Shown piece after piece: positions 1 to 8,600 of a DNA stretch of 64,000 nt; the stretch's first letter is position 1; every line of letters begins with the position of its first letter. The DNA is from Pirellulales bacterium (GTDB lineage Bacteria; Planctomycetota; Planctomycetia; Pirellulales; PALSA-1355), in NCBI GenBank assembly GCA_963733035.1, contig CAVTBU010000005.1:896001-960000 (forward strand), written 5' to 3'. The notes under the pieces are model-generated. The model was not told where the DNA came from. It saw only the letters and a list, made by a program, of their open reading frames with translations, and did not search any database. Both the position numbers and the translations under genes were made by a program.

Positions 1-1706
1 TGCGGAAATTCTAGCCCCTTGGCACTGTGTAGTGTCATCAGGGCAATGGCGTTGCGTTTGAGTTGGGTTTCCTTGTCCTGGTCGCCGTCTCGATCACCAA
101 GTGCCACATCATCCAGAAATCCACCCAGCGTTGGCTTCTTGGCACGCTTCTCATATGTCGCCAGCGCGTTGACGACCTCCTCGACGGCCGCCCAACGGGC
201 TTGCTGGTCCTGCGGGTCCTTGTAAATGCGTGCCAACTCGTCCTGATAGCCAATCGTGCGGATTAGGTCGGACGCAATTTCGACAAGTGACTCGGAACCG
301 ATTCTCGCGCGAAATGCCTCGATCAGGGCCCGCAACTTCAGCGTCGCCACAACGGCTGGGGTGGGCAGGCCCGCGATCCGACGGGCATTGGGTAAAACCT
401 CCCACAGCGGCTTGCCCTCAGCAACGGCGCGCTCGATCAGCGCCTCTTGAGTTTTGGCGCCGATCGCTCTGGCGGGTGTGTTCAGTACGCGTCGTAAGGA
501 GACTTCATCGGTTGGTGCGACCAACACCTTCAGATATGCCAGGACGTCGCGCACTTCCTTGCGGTCGTAAAACGACATGCCGCCCACTAGGACATAGGGA
601 AGTTTGGCCTTGCGAAGTTCCGCTTCGAAAGCCCGCGGCTGTTCGTTGGTACGAAACAGGATTGCAAACTCGCGCGGATGTGCACGTCCCGTGGCCAATT
701 GAGCCGCGATATCGGCGACGATGGTTTCGGCTTCGACTTCTTCGTCCGGACACTGTAGGATTTGCGGCTTCTCTCCGCCCCGCCGCGCCGGCCGCAATAC
801 CTTGTCGTGTCGAAGGCTATTGAATCTGATCAATCGGTTGGCCAACGTCAGAATTGCCTCGGTCGAGCGGTAGTTTTCTTCCAACCGTACCACTTTCGCG
901 TCTGGCCAATCGTGCTTGAATCGCAGGATGTGTGACACTTCAGCCCCGCGCCAGCCGTAGATCGACTGATCGTCGTCACCCACAACGCAAAGATTACGAT
1001 GACCCTCTGCCAGCGCGCGCACGATGCGGTATTGGCTGGCGTTGGTGTCCTGGTACTCGTCGATGAGCAGGTGTGAAAACCGGTTGGCCTCTGCCGCCCG
1101 GACGTCGGTAAAACGAGCGAAGAGTTCTTCGGTGCACATCAGCAAGTCGTCGAAATCGACAGCGCCCGCTTGTTTGAGCGCCTTCTGATAGCGGCGATAG
1201 CCCATCGATGCCAGATGTTCCTTGTCGGTCGTGGCCACCGACGCGGCCTTCTCGGGGCGAATCGAATGCGTTTTCCAGCGGCTGATGAAGCTGATCAAAT
1301 CGCCCGGTCGCAGGGCTTCGTCTGGCACCTTGATCTCACGCAAGGCCGTCCGGGCAACACTTTCCTGATCGCCACGATCGTAGATGGCGAACTTGGCCGG
1401 GTAGCCGAGCCGCGGGGCGTGCCGACGGAGGATGCGGACGCACAGAGAGTGAAACGTAGAAATCTCTGGTTTCTCCCGCTGCTTCTTGCCCAACAAACCG
1501 GCGGCCCGCTCCTGCATTTCGGAAGCGGCTTTGTTCGTAAAGGTGACGGCCAGGATCTTGCTTGGCCGCGCGCCGTGTTTGATCAATTCGGCAATGCGGT
1601 AGGTCACCACGCGCGTTTTGCCAGTACCAGCGCCCGCGAGGACCAGGAGGGGCCCGCGCAAGGTCGTCACGGCCGCATGCTGTGCAGGATTTAGACCGTG
1701 AGACAT
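1..1706 (-). CDS. UvrD/Rep/PcrA family ATP-dependent DNA helicase (3' end runs off the window)
   Basis: Manual translation from ATG at 1706: MSHGLNPAQHAAVTTLRGPLLVLAGAGTGKT (Q motif + Walker A), later LLIDEYQDTN, VVGDDDQSIYGWRGA, LEENYRST, AILFRTN. Not in the ORF track because no stop occurs inside the window. Confidence 0.95.
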   Translation of the reverse strand, partial: MSHGLNPAQHAAVTTLRGPLLVLAGAGTGKTRVVTYRIAELIKHGARPSKILAVTFTNKAASEMQERAAGLLGKKQREKPEISTFHSLCVRILRRHAPRLGYPAKFAIYDRGDQESVARTALREIKVPDEALRPGDLISFISRWKTHSIRPEKAASVATTDKEHLASMGYRRYQKALKQAGAVDFDDLLMCTEELFARFTDVRAAEANRFSHLLIDEYQDTNASQYRIVRALAEGHRNLCVVGDDDQSIYGWRGAEVSHILRFKHDWPDAKVVRLEENYRSTEAILTLANRLIRFNSLRHDKVLRPARRGGEKPQILQCPDEEVEAETIVADIAAQLATGRAHPREFAILFRTNEQPRAFEAELRKAKLPYVLVGGMSFYDRKEVRDVLAYLKVLVAPTDEVSLRRVLNTPARAIGAKTQEALIERAVAEGKPLWEVLPNARRIAGLPTPAVVATLKLRALIEAFRARIGSESLVEIASDLIRTIGYQDELARIYKDPQDQQARWAAVEEVVNALATYEKRAKKPTLGGFLDDVALGDRDGDQDKETQLKRNAIALMTLHSAKGLEFP

Positions 1707-1856
1707 GGAACCGTCAGTAACATCCGTGTGTGGAGTGTACAACCCAAGCGACTCAGGATGTTAGCTTTCGCCGACCAAAAGCGAAAGGGCCGGCTCAGCG
1801 CGATTGGCGTTCCGGGTGCCGGGAACTGACCGTGCCGGCGCCACTTGGCGATCGCG

Positions 1857-3197
1857 TTATTTTTTCTGTATGCAATACAGACGCTTGGAAGTGCGAATAA
1901 GCAGCTTGTCACCTGCGATAGCCGGCGTGGCCATGCCCATGTCGTCGTCGGCCAGCGGATTGGTGTGCAAGATCTCGAATTCGTTGCCGGCGTCGATGAC
2001 GAACGTCACGGCGTCTTCGTTGAGGCAAAAGATCTTGCCGTCATAGGCCCAGGGCGAGGCCGTGAATGCCTTTCCGTCGGGTATCCGTTTCTTGGAATAG
2101 ACTTCCTCGCCGGTAGCAGCGTCGAAGCAGGCAATGAATCCCTGGTCGTAGAGCACATAGATCTTGTCGCCATAAAGCAGAGTCGTCGGATTGTAGGGCC
2201 CGCCCATCTTGGCACACCAGGCGATGTATTCGTTGCTCGTGGCGTCGTCCTCCAACGAAATATCTCCTGAGGCTCCCGCACGAACTGCGAAGATCGGTTT
2301 CTTCTTATCGAGTACATAACCGGAACTAATGTAAAGAGTGTCGCCGTTCGAATACGGCGTCGCGATCGTGATGCTCGACATTCCGCCCAGTTCCCACAGC
2401 AGCCGACCTTCGAGGTCGTAGGAGCGGACTTTGCCAGTGCCGGGCACGACCAGTTCCGTCCGCTGGCTGTTCCTCCACACATAGGGTGTGGCCCAGTTGC
2501 TCTTTTCGTCACGTTCAACTCGAAAGATCTGTTCGCCTGTCTTGGCGTCAAGCGCGATCAGATAGGATTCCTCGTCATTGTCATTCACGACGTACAGCCG
2601 ACCTTGATAAAGCACCGGGGAAGCCGCGGTGCCCCAACCATAGCGCGTCTTGTGGGATGCGATCTCCTTCGTCCACAGTAACTTGCCCTCCAGGTCGTAG
2701 CAGAACACGCCAACATTGCCGAAGTAAGCGTAAACACGCTCGCCGTCGGTGACCGGCGTTTCCGAGGCATAGCTATTCTTGATGTGAATTGTCGTCGATG
2801 GGACGCCGGTGTGGGCCGTTTTCTCCCACACGACATGCCCGTCATTCAAATCGAGACAAAGCACGTTCCATTGATGCTCGTCCTTCGGAGGTTCTTTCTG
2901 CTCGCCGCCAAAATACAGGCCCTTCTTGGCTTCTTGCTCGTCACCCAGGTTGACGACACTGGTGACGAAGATCTGGTCTCCCCAGACGATCGGACTCGAC
3001 CAGCCGCGCCCCTTGATGTCGGTCTTCCAGGCAACGTTCTCAGTGGCCGTCCACGTGTCCGGCAAGTTGCGGTTGTCCGAAACGCCCAGCGACTGCGCGC
3101 CGCGAAACTGCGGCCAGTTGTCCTGGGCGCGAAGCGAGGCAAGGGACGTTGCCAATACCAGAGATGCCAATACGCACTGCCGAACAGGACTGCCCAT
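1857..3197 (-). CDS. PQQ-binding-like (BamB-like) beta-propeller secreted protein, planctomycete expanded family
   Basis: Signal peptide then DNWPQFRG, ENVAWKT, GWSSPIVWG, TPVTDGERVY, ASP motifs. ATG 3197 has an AAGGGG RBS; alternative GTG at 3236. Confidence 0.85.
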   Translation of the reverse strand: MGSPVRQCVLASLVLATSLASLRAQDNWPQFRGAQSLGVSDNRNLPDTWTATENVAWKTDIKGRGWSSPIVWGDQIFVTSVVNLGDEQEAKKGLYFGGEQKEPPKDEHQWNVLCLDLNDGHVVWEKTAHTGVPSTTIHIKNSYASETPVTDGERVYAYFGNVGVFCYDLEGKLLWTKEIASHKTRYGWGTAASPVLYQGRLYVVNDNDEESYLIALDAKTGEQIFRVERDEKSNWATPYVWRNSQRTELVVPGTGKVRSYDLEGRLLWELGGMSSITIATPYSNGDTLYISSGYVLDKKKPIFAVRAGASGDISLEDDATSNEYIAWCAKMGGPYNPTTLLYGDKIYVLYDQGFIACFDAATGEEVYSKKRIPDGKAFTASPWAYDGKIFCLNEDAVTFVIDAGNEFEILHTNPLADDDMGMATPAIAGDKLLIRTSKRLYCIQKK

Positions 3198-3299
3198 CGC
3201 CACTACCCCCTTCACTCTCGGTGTTGCCAAGGACACGATTTGCGAGTTGCTTTGGAACGATCAACCAGAATGGTCGTGGATGGGAGCAAGTAGCGATCG

Positions 3300-3328
3300 A
3301 TCCTAAGACACGCCGCAAGGCGGGTCAA
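3300..3328 (-). promoter_or_regulatory. Putative sigma70 promoter for the PQQ-like gene
   Basis: Minus strand TTGACC-17 nt-TAGGAT. Confidence 0.55.
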
Positions 3329-3725
3329 GTAATCGCGGGTGAGCCGAAGGAGACGTCTCGATCAGGTCCGCTGGGGACGGGGACACCGCAGAAGCCACGC
3401 GTTGACTCGTGGGAATTGATACGCGTGCTTCTCAGTCTGCTATGAGCGGCGGAAGCACTGCGTTGGGCCCAGCGGATGCAGAAATCGTCCCGGGAATTTG
3501 GTATCCACCCGACAGAAGTCGATCGTCAGCGGACCCGCTTGGGCGGAATGAGTATCGGACCCAGCGAAGCTGAATGGGTTTGGCAACCGCCACAGTCTGG
3601 CTGTCGGTGATGTTTGGTGCAGTCGTGTCGGCGGGGCAGCCTGCTCCGGCGAATTCTGAACCGGGCTATCCGCCGCGGATACACGAAAATAGGGGCCGGC
3701 AAGGGATCTGGGGGGTGCCCACAGT

Positions 3726-3753
3726 TTGACACGGCCCCCCCGGCCAGTAAAAT
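3726..3753 (+). promoter_or_regulatory. Putative sigma70 promoter for the tatA operon
   Basis: TTGACA-16 nt-TAAAAT, near consensus. Confidence 0.65.
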
Positions 3754-3878
3754 TGAAGGTACGGTTGGTTCACCGCATCTGCGTCCGGACGCTGCGCTGA
3801 AACGACACGAAGCTTCCAACCGTCCTTCGGTAAACTCTAGGCTTCGGTCATTCACCCTTTCATATGCAGGGCGCCAAT

Positions 3879-4094
3879 ATGTTCGGAATGGGAACGCCAG
3901 TCCTTGGTTTCCTCGGCGGAATCGGCATGCCGGAATTGCTGATCGTTGGCTTTATCGTGCTCATCTTGTTCGGCAGCCGATTGCCTAGCGTCATGCGATC
4001 GCTGGGCCAGGGGGTTGTTGAGTTCAAGAAGGGCGTGCAAGGCATCGACGAGGAAAAAGAACGTTCGGAAAAGGAAAAGGCCGAGCAGCACTAA
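3879..4094 (+). CDS. tatA: Twin-arginine translocase subunit TatA/TatE
   Basis: GIGMPELLIVGFIVLILFGSRLPSVMRSLGQGVVEFKKG: TM helix, FG hinge, amphipathic helix. Start 3864 or 3879. Confidence 0.9.
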   Translation: MFGMGTPVLGFLGGIGMPELLIVGFIVLILFGSRLPSVMRSLGQGVVEFKKGVQGIDEEKERSEKEKAEQH

Positions 4095-4158
4095 CTCGCC
4101 CTACTTCCACACAAATTCCGGCCGCGACAAATAGAACCACGTTCGAGAGGTGAACGCG

Positions 4159-4461
4159 ATGTTTGGGATTGGCCCCCAGGAGATGTTGATCTTGCTGGTG
4201 ATCGGCGTGCTGTTGTTCGGTAAGAACTTGCCGAACGTGGGGCGGCAACTCGGTAAAGGCTTGATGGAGTTCAAGAAGGGACTCAGCGACATTCAGAACG
4301 AAGTCAGTGCCGCCGCCTACATGGAGCCCGCGCAACCCAAGGTGGCACAACGTCCCACGGCCGACGACTACGACGAGCCGACGGCACCGAAGTTTGAACC
4401 GCCCACTACCGAACCGACCGTTGCCGGCCAGCCGCACGAGGATACTTCGGCACCTGCCTAA
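4159..4461 (+). CDS. Second TatA/TatB-family subunit with Pro/acidic tail
   Basis: MFGIGPQEMLILLVIGVLLFGKNLPNVGRQLGKGLMEFKKG; GAGGTG RBS upstream. Confidence 0.88.
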   Translation: MFGIGPQEMLILLVIGVLLFGKNLPNVGRQLGKGLMEFKKGLSDIQNEVSAAAYMEPAQPKVAQRPTADDYDEPTAPKFEPPTTEPTVAGQPHEDTSAPA

Positions 4462-4473
4462 GGCCGCAAGCGC

Positions 4474-5208
4474 ATGAAATCCTCGGTCGACGAGATCCGC
4501 CGGCGCTTCGATGCGGACGTCGAGCGGTTTTCAAATCTTGATACCGGACAATCGGCCACGGTCGACGCACCGCTTGCCATGGCGATTGTGGCGCGGGCAG
4601 CCGCCGCCGTTACGCCGCGGGCCAGACATGTGATCGACATTGGCTGCGGGGCGGGCAACTACACACTCAAACTGCTTGAGCACTTGCCGGATCTCGACGT
4701 GACGTTGGTTGACCTGAGCAAGCCGATGCTTGATCGTGCTCGGCAGCGCGTCGGTCAGAAAACCCGCGGCACGATTACGGCAATGCAAGAGGACATCCGC
4801 GAGCTCGACCTACCGGCCGAAACTTGCGATATCATCCTGGCGGCTGCCGTGCTTCACCACCTGCGAACCGACGCGGAGTGGCACGACGTGTTCGCCGCGT
4901 TCCATCGGGCGCTTCGCCCTGCTGGATCGTTGTGGATCTTCGACCTCGTGGAATGCTCCATACCGGCGGTCGAAGTACTAATGCGCGACGAATACGGCCG
5001 CTATTTGACCAACCTCAAGGACGAAGCGTACCGCGACCATGTATTTGCCTATGTCGCTCGGGAAGATACTCCACGCCCGCTGGTCGAACAACTCGACCTA
5101 TTGCGAAAGGTTGGCTTCTCGCAAGTTGACATTTTGCACAAGAACGTCTGTTTCGCGGCGTTCGGAGGCGTAAAGTCTGAAGCACGTCCCGCGAACCTAC
5201 CAAATTAG
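4474..5208 (+). CDS. Class I SAM-dependent methyltransferase (CmoA-like)
   Basis: VIDIGCGAG motif I, VDLSKPML, AVLHHL. Confidence 0.85.
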   Translation: MKSSVDEIRRRFDADVERFSNLDTGQSATVDAPLAMAIVARAAAAVTPRARHVIDIGCGAGNYTLKLLEHLPDLDVTLVDLSKPMLDRARQRVGQKTRGTITAMQEDIRELDLPAETCDIILAAAVLHHLRTDAEWHDVFAAFHRALRPAGSLWIFDLVECSIPAVEVLMRDEYGRYLTNLKDEAYRDHVFAYVAREDTPRPLVEQLDLLRKVGFSQVDILHKNVCFAAFGGVKSEARPANLPN

Positions 5209-5355
5209 CCATTTGAAAGTGACCGAGACTTGGCAGCACACCGGTTGGCTTACCGAGAGCGCGATTGAGCGTGATACTTTACGTGTTGCGACCCCGCGCA
5301 CCCGCCGATAAAATTGGATTTCAGTACGGGTCGCGGCAAAGACGCGTCTCATACC

Positions 5356-5429
<74 letters not shown>

Positions 5430-5430
5430 T

Positions 5431-5484
5431 TCCCCGGCATGTTGCGTTCGCGAGATTTCGTGGCAACTTCGTCGGGGCTTTTTC
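5431..5484 (+). terminator. Probable intrinsic terminator after tRNA-Val
   Basis: CCCCGGC-ATGTTGC...GCAAC-TTCGTCGGGG imperfect stem followed by CTTTTT. Confidence 0.5.
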
Positions 5485-5643
5485 ATGCGCAGTCACGTGT
5501 CGCAAACGTCGTTGTCACACACCGTGCGAGGTACATCAATTCCCGAACGGAAAATCGTTTGGACGGACCGTTTGTAGCCGAATTCAGCCGAACCTGCGCG
5601 CTCGACGATGGAGCGGTTCCACAAGTGTCCGTAGCAGACCACC

Positions 5644-8600
5644 TCATGTTGCGAGTTCTTGCTCGCCGACTTCCTTGAGGAGGTCGTCGAGCGAGGAGTC
5701 GAGTTCGGAGTCGAACTCAAGTGCGGACACAAAAAGGTAATCTAGCAGGTGGCGACTTTGCGGTGGCTCGGCAGTCCCTTGGTGGGTGAGCGGACTGGCA
5801 ATCGGACTCGTAACCTGCGCGCTAAAGATTGAGTGGACCGTTTCGTGCTGCCTTTGAATAGTCAGAGCGGCCGCCACGGCTGAATCGCTACCATCGCTGG
5901 TGGCCACCGAAGGTGCCGCATCGGGAGCCGACGGTGGAACCCAGTCAATCACCCTGGTCAAAAAGCCGCCGTTGGTGCGGGCGACAATCTGGTCTGCCGC
6001 GTTCACAAAATGGTCCTTGTTGAAGTCGGCGATATTGGTGATCGGCAACAAGAACCCGGTATTGGTTCGAGCGTAAATCTCGTCACCGGCATTAGTCGTG
6101 ACCAGCGTTGACGGCGAGCCTAGGAACGTGTCGCCGATACGGTTGCCATAGAAGAACACGTCGCTGGAGGCCAATCCTGTATTGGCGTCGCTGCCGCCGA
6201 GCGCATCGTTACCTTTCACAATCACTTGCAACCACTCATTCTGAATGGCATTGTCGGCCCAAATGATTTCGACGCGGTCTGAACCACCGTCACCCGCACC
6301 CGGCCGTACCGAGAAGCCGGTCGGAGCCGGAGCTGTCGCCCAGCTGTTGGGCACATTGTTGGTGCCAATCTTAAATGCGAAATCAGCAGTTGTCAGCGTG
6401 CCATGCGTACCGGCAATGTCCACCATGAGACCATTGATTCCTCGGCTGTAGCTGGTGAAGGCGCTTATTGGCGCCGTGCCGACACCATTGAAGGCCGCCT
6501 TGTCGGGGGCGATTGCTCCGTCGTCCGACGCACTGATCCCCGCTGTGTTGCCGTCGTAGTACGAGTTGTTGTAGAAAACGTTGCGGGCGGCGATCGACGA
6601 TCCGGAGCCAATCGAGATCGTGGCTGTTGCAAGATTACTCGTGGCCAATCCATCGCTGGCCGAGATGTCCACGGTCACGGTTCCTGATCCGGGACCACCG
6701 GCGGTGTTGTTGTAGGTGATTGAACGAAGTACGGCCTGGTAGTTGGCCAGTGAATCGGTGCCGCTGAGTGTGAGGGTATTGCCAACAAAACTCGGCGTGA
6801 TGTTTCCAATCGCGGAAGCCGCCAGCACGTTGTTGGGATCGGTACCGGAGACAATCACGGCCGTCATGCTGGTGAGCGTCGTGTCATCTGGGTCGGTAAC
6901 GGTAGCACCTGCGACGTCGGTGATGTGAATTGCACCCGCGTTCGTCCAGATCGAATTGAAGTTGTCGCCTGCGGCGCCGCTCAGATCGACGTGCGGAGCC
7001 TGATTGTTGATCTTGATCGAGCGGGAAGCGATTGCGCTGATATTGCCATCGTCGGCGGTAAACAACAGCACCCGGTTCGTGGCCGACACGTTGGAATTGC
7101 TATACGTGATGGACTGGAGAGCCGCTTGATAGTTTGCAGCGCTATCAATGCCGCTGAGGGTCAAGATGCCAGTTAACATATCGAAACTGCCGGTGATGTT
7201 TGGCGTGTCAATGAAGGTCAGTTGATCCTCGCCGTTGACATATCCGGCGATCTGCACGGTTGCGCCCACAAGAAAACTACTGTCGGTGTCCGTGATGGCG
7301 ACGCCAGGATCGGCGACCACTGGACTTGTCGGAGAGTAGACGAGGGGCGACGCGGTCGTGGTGACCGTTGGCGGGGCGTTGCTGGCGAAGTTCGTTGAAC
7401 CGATGTGGTTGAGAGGTTTATGGGCGAATGATTCGGGGGCGGTGTTGCTGGCCCCGCCGAGTTTCAGCGTTGGCAATGTGCCGCCAAGATTGTCGCTGGC
7501 CACCCAATCAGACGCTTGCCAGCCGAGCGTGTCCCCAGTGCGACCAATGTAGGCGGCAGTGAATGGAGCGACGACCGGCTGCGAATCGGGAGTGAACACA
7601 TTAGTGATTCCATTGGCGTCGGAGAAGTTGAGATAGCCGTAGCCAATATCTCCAGGAGTGCCGGCTCCACTGGTAAGCGCGCCCACGGCGTCGAAGACGG
7701 TAAATCCGCTGAACTCAGTGCCGTGTAGTGTGCCCGTGCCGCCAGCATCCAGAACGTCGCCGGGATAGACTGGATTCGAAATCGTGTTGGTTTGGATCAA
7801 CATGTAGCTGGACGACGGCTTGATCAGATTAATGTCTGTGCTTCGCACGATCGCGCTATGTCCAACGATACTGCTGCCACCAAATCCGTAGTTGTTTCCG
7901 TAGCCGGCTCCCGTTCCGAGTCCTGTATTGTCGAGCACCGCCGCGTTGGGGTCGATCAGCCCAGCAGCAACGTATGGATTATCCTTTTGCAAGATCACCA
8001 ACATGCCGTTCGACCCAGTGGTATCGCCGGAAAGGTCAAATGTCTCGAACACGGTGCCGACCGGGTAGACCGTTGTACCAAAGGAGTCTGTGATACTGAC
8101 TGGCGTACTATTGAGTGAAATCAAGTAGGTTCCGTTCGGAATCGTGTAGTTCGGCGCGAGCGATCGCAACTCGATGTAGTCGTTCGGATTGTCCGGACTT
8201 CCAGGCGGATTGAAGAACAACTCGTTGATCAAGAGTGGCGATGGCGCCACCACGTTGAGATTGATCGGGGTGACCGTGCTTTGCGGACCGGGGCCGCCGG
8301 TGTTACCCAAATCGTTGGTCGTGATCTGAATCGCCGCGGAGCCGGTGTAGCCGTTCGTCGGGGTAAAGGTTAAGCCATCGAGTGCGGCGTTCAGGTCGAC
8401 AAGGCTGCCCGTGTACGTCAGTAAGGCGGTGCCATCGCCGCTGCCAGACAGACCGGCGAGGCTACTCAAGGTGAGCGTGCCGTGGGTGGCCGTCAACGTG
8501 ATCTGCTCACTGGCCCCGTTGGCATCGACATCCGAGACGGAAACCGCATTCAACTCGGCGTTGGAAAACACGTAGGGTACGTTCTCGACCGCGCGGATCG

